From Chiloscyllium plagiosum (lineage: Eukaryota): 64,000 nt of DNA. The stretch is from NCBI RefSeq assembly GCF_004010195.1, contig NC_057754.1:13174224-13238223 (forward strand), read 5' to 3'. Below are positions 12,065 to 25,039 of the stretch, in pieces. Made by a program: the position numbers and the translations under genes. Positions within the stretch are counted from its first letter, which is position 1, and each line of letters opens with the position of its first letter. The notes beneath the pieces were generated by a model. The model was not told the DNA's origin, did no database searches, and worked only from the letters and a program-made list of their open reading frames with translations.

Positions 12065-12619
12065 TAATACCCTGATGTCAATACAGATACATGGAGCCAA
12101 TCCGGATTTTCCTTGCTCTATGGTTTGTCAATGTTTCATTCACTCCGTCTGGTTTGTATCAGGAGTTTTGTTGCTCCGTTGACAGCAAGTCATTATTCGA
12201 CTCTGTCCGTGGGAATATATCACACTAGTGAGTGGGGCAGGATTTCGGTTGTTGCATGGGAACTGTGACGCTATAACAATCTCAATGGTTGTGGATAGCA
12301 CCAAACCTGGAAGAATTGTAAAGTCAATGGAGGACAGTGTGGAACTCGAACAGGACAATCATACGTTGGTGTCGTGTTCAAATGTATGGCAGCTGGGGAA
12401 CAATGCAGAGCAGTGTGAGGTGATGCACTTTGGTCAGAAGTACATTGAAAGACAATATAAAACAGTCTATTATAACCATTATAAAGGGGCTGCAGGTGCA
12501 GAGGGTCCTGTGTGTATATGAGCATAGATTGTTGAAGGTGTCAGGACAAGTGAGAAGAGCAGTAACTATCACAGATTAGTTTCAGTATCTGAGCTGTTTC
12601 CAGGAGGAGTTGTAGGAGG

Positions 12620-13499
12620 GAGCCTCTGTGCTCACTTCCTGGAGGTGGTGGTGACGATGTGTTGTGAGCCCACCCTCCTGCCCACCGAGACCATGGAGAT
12701 TCCATTTGTACCAGCTGAACACAAAAGGGAGATGGCATCAGGGCCACGGCTTCTAAGTTGTGCCGGGGGGAAACGGAGCTGCCAGTGGATTTAAAGTGAG
12801 AATTGCCCTTCACTGAACATTGCTCCTTACTCGGTTGGTGGGACGTGGATGTTTCAGAATCTCCACACGAGGCGTCCCGATCCTCTCCGGCTCGTATTAG
12901 GGTCCTCCACACATGGCGGGGGGCGGGGGGTGAGGGAACGGATATCGGGCACTCCACCACCCGGCTTGCCACGTTCTGTCCTATTCCAGGCTGTTTCTCC
13001 TGAAATGGGAGTATGGGCGGGAGGGAGCCAGGGAGGGAGGGGGTGGCCCTGCTGTTAGTACTGGTGAAGGTGGGGAACGGGTTTGGAGGGAGTCAGTCCA
13101 CAGTGTTGTATCCATGCAGTGTTGTTAGTGTGTGGGGGATGGGGAGGGTAAAATGGAGGGAAGGGGGCAAGTTGCTGCATGCAGTAGTGAGAGTGTGGAG
13201 CAGGAGCCTTGTTTCGGGATCGGTGCTATAACAGATATACAGTGAGTGTGAGGGAGCAGAGAGAGTTTGGTAACCCTGACAGACCAGGGAAGGTTATTGA
13301 TGCTTGTCCTGTATTGCTGGACATTTCTTCAGACCGCAGATACTGCAATGAGATGGATGGGGAGCTCAGAACATGCTCGGTGGGTCTGGTGGTGTGGCCT
13401 CCTCTGGAAAGAGAATAGTCCCCCTCTGTGCTAGGCCATCCACTAGGACCTCCGTGCCCCTGTCGACAAACCGTGGTGTAATTGTCTCTTATCTGCCAT
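12620..13499 (-). pseudogene. Harbinger Myb/SANT-like accessory gene relic (2+ exons)
   Basis: Exon 1 across frameshifts: MADK..PRFVDRGTEVLVDGLAQRGTILFP..RRPHHQTHRACSEL..AVSAV*RNVQQYRTSINNL. Exon 2 follows a TTTCAG acceptor (~13000): EK.AWNRTERGKPGGGVPDIRSLTP..AGEDRDASCGDSE. Confidence 0.75.
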
Positions 13500-13899
13500 G
13501 CTCGGGGTAAACTGTGAAGGGCAGCTCCTAACTGAGAAAGCTCAAACATCTGCCCATTGGCCTTTTAAAGATGGCACCAGTGCCAGGGATCACGGAATAT
13601 TCAGGGGCATCCACGCGATGGTGAGTACCTCCAGCCATGATGGGTGGGAGAATCGGGAAGTTATTGAATGAGAGGGACACCATGGGGTGGGGTGGGTAGT
13701 TAATGAGTTGAGTCCGGTAAGATAGCACCAGGAATCTAGCTCAGCCTCGGACAGACAATCCCTCTGTCACAGTCAAGGAAAATCAAACAAAGATAAATTT
13801 TTGTTAGAATCTGCCCAATGAGTCATAGACTCTGTTGAAACCAATTTCAGTTACAAAGATGCAGAAAAAATGCTCATCTGACCTCACACAAATATCCCT

Positions 13900-14230
13900 T
13901 TTTCCCATCTTTCCTGGGAAGACAGGGTCATGTTACAGGATGCGATCAAAGTGTCTACATTTCAGCATTGTGAAACTTGGGAACACAACCTTCCATGAGA
14001 CTGTCTCTCAGTCTCCCCCTCTCTGTCTATACCACAAAGCTCTCCAATGTGGCGATATTTAAAATGACTCCCCCGCCATCTCGCTCTGGCAGTGATGTTC
14101 ACAGCCATGGCAACCCCTTGTCATGGTACAATGGAGATATGGAGCTGTAATTGGATGGGAGTTGCACATCCTGCAACTTCCAGTATGGGCTGCAAGTTTC
14201 CCCACACTGGACAGGGATCTAACACAGTGT
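13900..14230 (+). pseudogene. Possible Harbinger transposase N-terminal relic
   Basis: YRMRSKCLHFSIVKLGNTTFHETV and HLALAVMFTAM weakly match the transposase N-terminus (YR.R.SYL.MSE.QC.RRLR.SRETV; LPVAVKVTAAL). Confidence 0.4.
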
Positions 14231-14235
14231 GACTG

Positions 14236-14445
14236 AGCAATGCACTGGGGTGGTGTACACAGTCCTACATGTTGGGAGGGTAAATGCTGCTGGTTTACAG
14301 ACCAATGCACTGGGGTGGTGTATACTGTCCTACAGGCTGGGAGGGTAACTGCTCCTGGGTTACAGATCAATGCACTGGGGTGGTGTACACAGTCCTACAT
14401 GCTTGGAGGGTAACTGCTCCTGGTTTGCAGATCACTGCACAGGTC
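14236..14445. repeat. 65-bp tandem repeat, ~3 copies
   Basis: CAATGCACTGGGGTGGTGTACACAGTCCTAC recurs at ~14238, 14303 and 14368. Confidence 0.9.
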
Positions 14446-14597
14446 GTGGTGCTGGTCAGACTATCTGCTTGAGGCTTATAGATAATGCAATGGTGTGGTC
14501 TGTGCAGCTCCCAGTGCTGGACAGATATATAGCCTGTGCACAGTACATCGTATTGGTGGGTTGGATAGGTGGGAAAGGTGATGGACAGGTCAACGAG

Positions 14598-14736
14598 TTC
14601 CCTGGAACGTTCTGTCCCTGACATTCTATAACTGACATTCCCCGGAAAGTTCTGTCCCCGAAATTTTATAACTGACATTGCCTGGAACGTTCTGTCCCTG
14701 ACATTCTATAACTGACATTCCCCGGAACTTCTGTCC
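14598..14736. repeat. 40-bp tandem repeat running into the gap
   Basis: Unit CCTGGAACGTTCTGTCCCTGACATTCTATAACTGACATTC, ~3.5 copies. Confidence 0.92.
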
Positions 14737-15236
14737 NNNNNNNNNNNNNNNNNNNNNNNNNNNNNNNNNNNNNNNNNNNNNNNNNNNNNNNNNNNNNNNN
14801 NNNNNNNNNNNNNNNNNNNNNNNNNNNNNNNNNNNNNNNNNNNNNNNNNNNNNNNNNNNNNNNNNNNNNNNNNNNNNNNNNNNNNNNNNNNNNNNNNNNN
14901 NNNNNNNNNNNNNNNNNNNNNNNNNNNNNNNNNNNNNNNNNNNNNNNNNNNNNNNNNNNNNNNNNNNNNNNNNNNNNNNNNNNNNNNNNNNNNNNNNNNN
15001 NNNNNNNNNNNNNNNNNNNNNNNNNNNNNNNNNNNNNNNNNNNNNNNNNNNNNNNNNNNNNNNNNNNNNNNNNNNNNNNNNNNNNNNNNNNNNNNNNNNN
15101 NNNNNNNNNNNNNNNNNNNNNNNNNNNNNNNNNNNNNNNNNNNNNNNNNNNNNNNNNNNNNNNNNNNNNNNNNNNNNNNNNNNNNNNNNNNNNNNNNNNN
15201 NNNNNNNNNNNNNNNNNNNNNNNNNNNNNNNNNNNN
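14737..15236. other. Assembly gap (500 N)
   Basis: Run of N. Confidence 1.
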
Positions 15237-16254
15237 TTGTGGACCCAAATTCATTGTGAATACAGCCCCCATACCTCACCCAGCGATGGCTCACAAAATC
15301 CTCTGGGTCCCTGTCTGCAACATTCAATAACAGAAAATTCATGAAAATAGCACCTACTAACTTTCCAATAACAGAATGGGAGAACATTAGAAACAGGGGC
15401 AGGTCGTTCACTCCACAAGCCTGCCTTGCCCTTCAATAAGATCATGACTGATCTGCTCTTGGTCTCAAATCCTCTTTCATATCCAATTCTTCATAGCCCT
15501 CAACTCTCTGACAGATCAATTTCCATCTACCTCCTCTTCAAATACGTTCAGTCATCTTGCTCCCCGAACACCCTTGAGAAGAGAAATCCTGACATTCAAT
15601 CCCACCTGTTTGAAGAAAACACTTGCTGCTCCTATATCATGGCCTATTGATATGAACAAAAGAGGTTGACACAAGGGTTCAAGTAAAAATGACTGGCCCC
15701 GATATCAAGGCAGTGGTTGACTTCTGTTGACATCAATGAGCTTAACAAAACTGAACTTAATCGGAACCAGAGTAAACTCTCCAATGTTTGGAGTCAAACA
15801 TGGCACAAAGGAAGATGTTCATCATCTCAGTCCTGGTTCACCTCTGTGGGAGATCCTCAGGATAGCTTCCCCTTCACAAACATCTTCAGCTGCTCCATCA
15901 ATGTCTCCCCGCCCCCACCTTCCCCACCATAAGATCAGAAGTGGGGATGGTCACTGAAGATTCCACAATGTTCAGAACATTTTGTTCCCTTTCAACTCCT
16001 GAACTGGTCTGTGTCCGTGTGCAGCAGGACCCAGACTGCATTGAGACTTGTGCTGTTAAAGTGTCCGCAACATTCATGTAACAGCACTGCCTGACACTGC
16101 ACATTACCACAGTAAACTAAGAGTTCATTCCGGACCTCACGCTGGTTTCACAGGAATATGAGGAAGTCATTCGGCCCATTGACACTATTGGAAAAGAACA
16201 GGGACAGCCCATTCAGTGCGTCCAGCCTATTACTCAGGAAGAGAAGGAGTCTAG

Positions 16255-16899
16255 TGTGATGGACCACACCAGAGTCTCTCGAAAATATTTGAAGGCAGTA
16301 GCCTAGACTCTAATGGTTTTTCTGTATTTTAAAGGAAATGTAAAGTGTCTGTTCCAGATGCAATGTGACTGGTCAAACTACTCGGTGTGAAGCAAAACAC
16401 CATCTACTTAAACACGGAAGAGAAAATGAAACCACAGAAAGAGGAATTTAGAATAACGTAATTCCAATTGACAAGTTTACAGAATACTAGATCTAGGAAC
16501 TATTACTAATGAACTGTGCCAATATAGGAAAGTCCCATAAACACAGCCCTTGGCAAAAATAAATATTCAGACACTGATTGTCACAAACATTTCTCCAATC
16601 CAGCAATTAAAAACAGCATCAAGACAAATTTCAGTGAGGGTAGCATCCAGGAAACATTCACTGAAGCTTTCAACTCTGTGGAGACCCCAATAGTTTCTAA
16701 TGTTGCCGAGAAACCAAAACCCAGCTATCCTAATCTGTGAGAGCTGGCCACACCCATTCAGTCTGTATGAAAATAAACACAAGGCCTCCCTAGCTTTCAC
16801 TAAAGTGGTCTTAACTAGCCAGCTTTGTATCAATTGTTCAATCTCTCTCTTAAAAGAAACCAGGACAAAATAGCTTCTTAAGGCTGCAGGATTGTCACA
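16255..16899 (-). mobile_element. Solo LTR (TGTGA...TCACA), TSD ctag/ctgg
   Basis: Terminal inverted pentamer and 4-bp near-TSD; paralog of 4916-5556. Confidence 0.82.
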
Positions 16900-17189
16900 C
16901 TGGTCAGTACAATGATCTGTCAAACTGGAACCGGGAAAACGAGTCAGGCCCTTGGCCCTGTCCAATTGGACGAGGTTGAAGGCAGTCAGTACGTTGAGTC
17001 ACTTATACATGAACAGGAGGAGGCCATTCCCACCTCAATGCATTTACACGGGGGGCAGAATGAGGTAATTGTTGCTGATTCCTGATGAATGTCTTATTCC
17101 CCAATCCTCGATTCTCCTGCTCCTCGGATGCTGCCTGACCTGCTGTGCTTTTCCAGCAATCGACGCTCTACTCTGATCTCCAGCATCGG

Positions 17190-18100
17190 CATTCTTAACT
17201 GTCTCCTAATTGATGCTCCAACATGATGAACACGTGGAGCAGTGGCTGCACAGACAGACAACTCCATGTTGTTCCTCCTGGCTCCGTTGTTTATGATACA
17301 CACGTGGGACTTTAACGTGGTTTTCTAGAAGTGAGCAGGAAAGCCATATGTCTTGTTTCATGTCTCAAGAAGGCACCTTCCATCTCCGAGAAGACAGTCT
17401 GTGCAGGGCGGAAGCTGGTGGGAATGGCTACCTGCTTCAGATGGAAGGTATTGTGGTTGCTCTTGGGGATTGTGAGCAACCTGACGTTCAGTACGGGTTC
17501 ACACGCCGATTGCACAATAACGTGGGGAGAGTTAATTAAGGCATATAAACAATTAAGAAAGTCACGTTAGACTGATGAATTGACTCTAAGTTCAAATAAT
17601 GGTTATCTTGTTCATGTTGATCTTGTCTAGTGCACGTCCTGTTCAGTGTAACCTGTATGCCTTACTCTGTCCAAGTCTATTTCCACCCTATGATCTGTCT
17701 GGCCATCTGCTTCCACTGCTCATAAATAAATTGTTTCCCTGTACTGAGGTACACGTGACAATAAATCAAACCAATCAACCCTGGGTAAAGTATGGAATTT
17801 CTCTCTCTGTCAATGTCTGTTTTGGAAATGAGTGATCGCTGCCACTCCTCGTGTTTCATCATCACCATTTATTCGTCTCTCACAGCTCTACAGATTAAAC
17901 ACTCAGCTTCTTTACTCTATCCTCCTGTTACCATCATCCTTAAAAAGGAGATCAAATGTGCACAGAGTGCCCCTAATGCTCTCTCAGCAACGATTTACAA
18001 CAGCAGGAAGTTGGCTTTACTTATGTACTCGAATCATCTTACAATGAAGGACAACATACCATTGACTGCACCTATTACGTACACAGGGTTTGATTCGGAG
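17190..18100 (-). pseudogene. Harbinger transposase relic (duplicate of 3440-4360)
   Basis: Peptides QSACEPVLNVRLLTIPKSNHNTFHLKQ and GARRNNMELSV. Confidence 0.65.
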
Positions 18101-18109
18101 CAGTCAGCA

Positions 18110-19250
18110 TAGACTTGTGAGTGGGAGATCATGCTTCCAAATTTCTTAGAGTCCTTTGATGAAGTGATCAGGAACTTTGATGATGGCAGAGTGATAGACG
18201 TAGTCTCTATGGATTTCAGTGAGGCCTTTGATAAGGTTCCACATGGCAGGCTGCTCAGGAAACTTACATCACGTAGAATGCCCGGAGGAACTGGCCAAAT
18301 GGATACACAGTTGGCTTGATGGTAGGAAGCAGATGGTTTAGTGGAAGGATGCTTGTCAGACAGGAGGCTTGGTCCATTGCTATTTGTTATCTATGATTTG
18401 GTTGAGAATGTACAAGGCATGATTAGTAAGTTTGCAGATGACACTAAAGTAATTGGCTACATGATCAGTAAGGAAGATTATCAGAAATTGCAGCAGGACC
18501 TTAAGCAGGTGGGGAAGTGGGCCGAGAAATGGCAAATGGAATTTAATATAGAAGCGTGAGGTCTTGCATTTTAGAAACTCAAATCAAGGTAGGAGTTTCA
18601 TGGTGAATGGGAGGGTCTTAAGGGGTGTAGTGGGCAGGTGCACGGTTCACGAAGAGTGGAGTCACAGGTAGACAGGGCAGTGAAAAAGGCTTTTGACACA
18701 TTGGCCTTCATCAGGCAGCACATTGAGTATAGAAGTTGGGAATTTATGTTGCAGTTACACAGGACTTTGGTAAGGCCGCACTTGGAGTATTGTGTTCAGG
18801 TTTGTCACTTTGTTATAGGGAGGATGTTATTAAATTAGAGAGTGCAGAAGAATTTTACAAAGACGTTGCCAGGGCCCAATGGTCTGAGTTATAGGGAGAA
18901 GTTGGACAAACTAGGACATTTTCTTTAGCGTGTAGGATACTGAGGGAGTCCTTATAGAGCTGTGTAAAATCACGAGGGGTATGGATAGGGTTCATGCTTT
19001 CAGTCTTTTTCCAAGGTGTAGAGAATCGAGGATTAGATGGGATCAGTTTAAGGTTAAAGAGGAAGGAATAAATGGGAACCTGAGGGGCCACTTCTTTACA
19101 CAGAGGCTGATACGTGGATGAGCTGGCAGCAGATGTGGTTGAGGAGGGGTACATTAACAACATTTCAAAATCATTTGGATAAATATGTGGATAGGAAAGG
19201 ACTGGACGGATATGGGCCAACTGCAGGGATGGACATGGTTAACGTGGATG
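18110..19250 (+). mobile_element. CR1 LINE ORF2 3' part
   Basis: Peptides DVVSMDFSEAFDKVPHGRLL, ISKFADDTK and LVRPHLEYCVQ. Confidence 0.93.
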
Positions 19251-22200
19251 GACATTTACAAGGTAGAGTCGAACTCCTCTGTTAATTAAAACCTAACACC
19301 CAGAAAAGCTCGCCTCACCTCGTCACCTGTTAAAATATGAGTGACACAAATCTCCTACATTCCACTATTTAAACAAAAAATAACAAGTTAGTTTCTTAAC
19401 TTTAATAGTGAACACTAAACAACAACTATTCACAAATACAAGCCACTCTTTTCTTACTATCTGACTCCAAATCTGCAAAAATGTGCTGTTTCAACAACCC
19501 ACATATTAAACATTACAATCCCAAGACCATACAGTCTCTATCTTCCCCGCTGTGCTCACTCTTTCAGCTGCTGATCTCCCTGGGTCTTTTCTTTTATTGC
19601 AGGTAGGTTTACATGAACATGTGTCTTTGATAGAGAGTGTTTGAGATGGCCAGTTAGCACTCCTGCTCTACAGCAGTTGCTCTGCTGTTGGATGGCAGTA
19701 GCTATCCCTCCAGTGTTCAAAATGCTGGGGTCATTTACTCCCCATGATATAATAATTCTCATAATTTGATTGCTTTCCAGGTGTCCAAACAATAATATTC
19801 AAATTCTGTTTGGCTTCTGGTATTCTGAGCGTTATTTAAACACTTTGGTTGCATTTGAATGGCTGTCGAAACAGCAACAAAAACTTAGGTATCTATTTCT
19901 CAGCTAATGGTTACATGTGGAACAGTGTGACCATTAGCTGGCATCTGTGGCTTTAATTTCTATTCAGCAAAACCCGTTCAGTCTTAAAGTGCCCATACAT
20001 GTTTTTGTCTTCATAACATCTCCCCGCTTCAGAAAATAAAGTGAATCAGCAGAATGAAAAGATGGCTATATTTCTTTTCCTCTAATTCTTGATCCCAATT
20101 TTAAGAAATGCAAAAGTATTAATCTCAGTTATATCATTCATATTAATTCTGCACACCAATATAACAGTGGAATAAGTCAAATCTTAACTGCACTTTTTCC
20201 TTTAAATCCTCGAAAGCAAACCTGTTATCACATTGTAGGAGCCATAGCATGTACAGTTTGTAAGTTTAAAGTCGGTAAGGTAAGACTCCAATGAAATAGT
20301 TTCATATTCTGGTCTTTAAATATTCCAAAAAATGCGAGAGATTTGTTGTTGTCCACAACCATCTACGACAATTTGTTTGTCATGTAAACATTAAAATATT
20401 GTCAGGCCCGTGCGAAACTTAATCATTCTTGTTCAATAATGAAGATTTTCTATTTTTTTCTGGAGGATATTGAGTTTTTCGACAAGTAGCCAATTAGCCA
20501 TTCAATTCCATCATCCTCTTTCAGTATCAATACATCTCCGACCCCGAAATCCCGAGATCAAACACAATTTTCAAAATATTTGGTGTAGCTAAAACTGGTG
20601 CGGTGATTAATCCTGCTTAAAAATTCTCCTGGCATTGTTCTGTCCATCACAATTCTGTGTTCTTCTTTAATAAATCCATCAGTGGTGCCAACACGATGCT
20701 GAAGTTTGTAACAAACTTCCGATAGAATCCACTCAGTTCCAAAAATCGAAGCTGCTCTTTCTTCGAGGATGGTCGTGGAAAGTCCTCAAAGCCCTTCGTT
20801 TTTGTGTTCCATGGGGTCAACCTTCCATGTCTAATGTAATGTCCCAAGAACGTAAGCCCTGCCTTCGCGAATTCTATTTTCTCTAAGTTTATTACCAAGT
20901 TTGCTTCTTGTAATTGTTCAACATGCTCTGCTAACTGTAACATGTGAGCTTTCCATCACTTGCTAAAGATCGCTACATCATACAGATAAGCTGCACAATT
21001 TGTTCATCTGGCCACAACTCTGTCCCTGAGTCTTAAATGTGGCTGGTACATTATTCATCCATATGAAATACTCGATAAAGTTTTTTTGTCCTCTCCGGTA
21101 TCTTTACTAGATAGTTTAACTGACTCCACACATTTTTTAATTAGAAAGGGGCCACTAAACCTGGTTTTGAAGGGATTTCTTACCACTGCTGGCAATACTA
21201 ATACGTCATCCCTGCCACCTGCTTCACTTTATGTTGTGCTCTTCAGATACTGTTTAGCTAACTCACCTACTCCATCTACTCTTTCCTTCACCTCACACAC
21301 ATAATCCAAGTGTGAGATTTCCGACTTCGGTCCTGTCAATTTATATTTAATTAATTTCATAGGACGTCTCATGAATATTAACTCAAAGGAAGTAAAGTGA
21401 GTAGATTTATTTGGGGCATGTCTAATGGCAAACAATTTAATTGGAAACCTTTATCCCAATCATTCGGGTAATCCTAACAGTATGCTGTTAAAATAGTCTT
21501 CATCGTCTGATGCTAACCTTCAAAGGCTCCCTGGGATTCAGGATGGGACGCACTTGATTTGAAGTGCTATATATCTAAGCAATCCATGACTTCCTTACAT
21601 AGCTGAGCAGTAAAATGAAACCCTTGGTCTTACTGACTCTCTCTGGGCAGTCCACAGCGAGTAAAGAAAGCTACCAACCCCTCCACCTCCCATTTCACCT
21701 TAACATTCCGTAAATGGAAATCTGGTAGACACATCCATTATGGTCATCAAATATTGGTTTCCACTTTTATTTTAGAAAGGGGAGCTAAACAATTAATCAT
21801 ATTCCACGTGAAAGGTTCTTCGAATGCAGGAATTGGCAAGAAAGGTGCTGATTTTATTACTGCCTGTGACTTTCCTACCATTCGGTATGTATGTCACGTC
21901 CAACAATAAATAACCGCGTCCTTGTGCATTCCAGACCACCAGAAATGCTTCTGTACTGCCTGACTCTTCCGTACACCTAGGTGACCGCCTGCAGTTAGTT
22001 TATGAGCTACCCGTAACACTATATACTACCAGTAACACAATCTGGTGCACTTCGGCCCCTTTCCCTTCTGCAGTAACCTATCGGGGTCTCCATTTTAATT
22101 TTATGATTCTATCTTTAAGTTAATAACGTTCGACAATATATCCTGATTCCTTTTCTGTGTGTGTGTATGTGTATGTGTGTGTACATACCTGTTGTAAGTC

Positions 22201-22676
22201 CATTAGCCTTTTTGGACTAAACACCTCTGCCTGATCCTCTGCTTGTTCAGGTTTTTTTTCTGTACCATCACAGGGTGTCAGTTCACTAAGCATCAACTCA
22301 TTTGTCTTTCTAGTTCGTTTTTCCTTCCTGCTGTAACTTATGACAGTGGGATCTTGTTACTATACAGTCTGGAAAAATTCGTGGGTAATTTTCTTTTAAC
22401 TCACCAATTCCCTAGTCTTCCTTTGGATTCTCCACCACAAAGGGTGCTTCTCCCACCTCGCCTCCTGGTAAATGGTTCCCAAGAACAAACTGTATTCCTG
22501 GAACTGACACTCTGTTACTCACTGTCACTGTTACTTCCCTAATCTTGGTTTGGTATTCCATCCTGATTTTGCACAAGGGAATGCTTAATTTCTGTCCCCA
22601 TTCCAGAAATTATCACGCTCTTGATTAACATGCCAGAAAGAGTAAAAATACTTTCATCTCTTACTATTACAGGGCG

Positions 22677-23335
22677 AGAGAAAGTGAGGACAGCAGATGC
22701 TGGAGATGAGAGTTGAAAAGTGTGGGGCTGGAAAAGCACAGCACGTCGGCAGCATCCGAGGGGCATGAGCGTTGACGTTTCAGGCATAAATCCTTCATCA
22801 GGAAAGTGGGGAGTAAGGGAGGGGGAAGGATATTGAGAAATAAATGGGAGGGTGGAGTGGAGCTGGGTGGAAGGGAGCTTGGAAGGCGATAGGTAGATGC
22901 AGGTGGGGTGTGATGGTGATAGATCGGACAGGAGGGTGATAGGACACCTATAGGTGGTAGGACAACTGGAACCCTCAAACTGCACAGTATCAACGTTGAC
23001 TTCACCAAATTCCAAATCTCCCCTCGACCAACCTCTCCCAGATCCAACCGTTCAACCTAGCACTGCCTTCTTGAACTGCCCTAACTGGCCATCTTCCTTC
23101 CTACCTATCGACTCCACCCTTCCCTCCGACATATCACTATCATTCCCAACTACATCTTCTTATTACCTTCCCAGTGACCGTCCCACTAGCCCAGCTACTA
23201 CCGTCGTATTTATCTTTCAGGCCCTTTGTCCACCCACCACATTCCTGACAATGGGTTTATGCCTGATATTCGATTGTCCCGCTGTTCGGATGCTGCCTAA
23301 TCTGTTGTGCTTTTCCGGCGCCTCACTTCTCAACT
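22677..23335. mobile_element. Inverted PLE tail pair inserted in the Gypsy protease
   Basis: Minus-strand tail ~22677-22960 and plus-strand tail ~22965-23332; degenerate TSD ACTATTACAG/ACTATTAGAG splits LRDTGSAQSLIV|RDESIF. Confidence 0.85.
22771..22804 (-). ncRNA. Minimal hammerhead-ribozyme motif
   Basis: Minus strand reads ttc-CTGATGA-aggatttatgcct-GAAAC-GTC; core nucleotides intact. Confidence 0.65.
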
Positions 23336-25039
23336 ATTAGAGACTGAGCAGATCCCGTATCTCACAAAATTATATACCTCCTTGTCCTTCACCCCCTGTT
23401 CTTTCTGAGTAAACGTTATCTACAGAGGCGAATTCTTTAGAGATATCAGGCACTGCCTCCATACCCAGCCCTTGCCTACGCTGTGCAATCTCATGCAGCT
23501 CCTTGGCTCCACTTGTGGTCTCCCTTACCAGTTTCACTAATGCCACTGGGCTTAGCCTCTTTTACCACATCTTTCCCCAAAGTGCCTTCCTTCAATGCCC
23601 AGCACTGTGTGTCCCAGCTTACTGCAGTGAAAACACCTTTTCCCTGTGCCCTTCTTAAACCATCGGCACTGTAATTTTACGTTTCCACTCCCTTACAGTG
23701 AGAACACCTGAGGCCTTCCACCTCCTTTCAACCCCCATGGGCTTCTTTTTCCACCTGTCGTAAACTATTGTGCGTGACTGTTCGCTTTGTAATGTGTGAT
23801 CTTCCCTTCTCCCAATTTCTATCCCTCACAGGATGAAAATCTTGCCAGAAGCGAAATATCATCTCATGCCACAATGCATATTTACCTACCATTTCTGCCA
23901 CGCTTCGCACTTCTTGTACATTCACATGAATTCTTACTATCTCTGGAAGTGAATCTTTTAACTTCTCCAGCAGATTAATCTCCCTTCAAGCCTCACAGTG
24001 CTTATCTATTTTTAAGGCCACCACCCACCTATCAAAATGACTGTGGTTAATTCTTTCAAACTCAATATAAGTCTGACTTGGTTCCGTCTCTATTTTTCTG
24101 AACTTCTGTCTATATGCTTCTAGTACCAATTCATAACCAATCAAAATAACCAATTTAACATCTTGGTAATCTCTTGACCCCTCATCTGATAGCGTTGCAC
24201 ATACCTCACCAGCTGTGCCCACTAGCTGAGTCTGAACTAGCATTAACCACAAGTTCACTGGACGCGTCGTCTGCTTAGCCATTTTATCAAATGAATTAAA
24301 AAAGGTTTTGACATTTTTCTCACCGAAATATGGCAAGTTATTAACATAGTTGCATATATCCCTACGTTCTCTCTTCATCTACATCCTGTTAATTTAACTT
24401 CCTTGTCTAATTCCCAACTTCTGAATTTCACATCCTCTCTCTCTTTCATTTTCCTCTATTTCTCTTTCTTCTCTCTCTGTTTCCGTCGCTTTATTTATCT
24501 TCTAACTCCAGTTGCCACATTTGCAATTTAAGGTTTTTCTAACTCTACTGCAGTTGCCTATTTCTCTGATACATCAAAGAGCTTGACCAACTCCATTACA
24601 ATTTCAGATTCCCTTTTCTCCCTGGTTAAACCCAATTCCAACCTATTTGCTAATTCTAAAAAAAAGTCCTCCTTCTGTCTTTCTAAACTTCCTTGGAAAA
24701 TTTGGGAACCTCTTTAGCAATGTTAAAAGCCATTTCCCTCACTTTTAATTTAACCAACCACAAGTAACAAAATTAAACGAATTTTCCAACTGGTTTTATT
24801 TGAAGATCAACGTCACTAATTGCAATGAGTTGGAATTTGCTGGGACCTTTTGTACCCCAAATCTGTTCAAATCTGTCCAAATCCCATACGGCAAGGCCGC
24901 AAACTGTTATGACATCAATGTCGAATCCCTCTGTTAATTAAAACCACACACCCAGAAAAGCTCACCTCACATCATAATCTGTTAAAACGTGAGTGACAGA
25001 GAACTTCTAAATTCCACTAATAAACCAAAAAAAACCCAA

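Larger units (their letters stand above)
15510..19900 (-). repeat. Inverted segmental duplicate of ~1-6300
   Basis: Colinear reverse-complement match covering the LTR, CR1, Harbinger relic, PLE tail, solo LTR and flanks; lacks the 1664-3259 PLE insertion. Confidence 0.93.

Noticed and set aside
14626..15411. Long ORFs of 188-261 aa
   Set aside because: Artefacts of translating the N gap.
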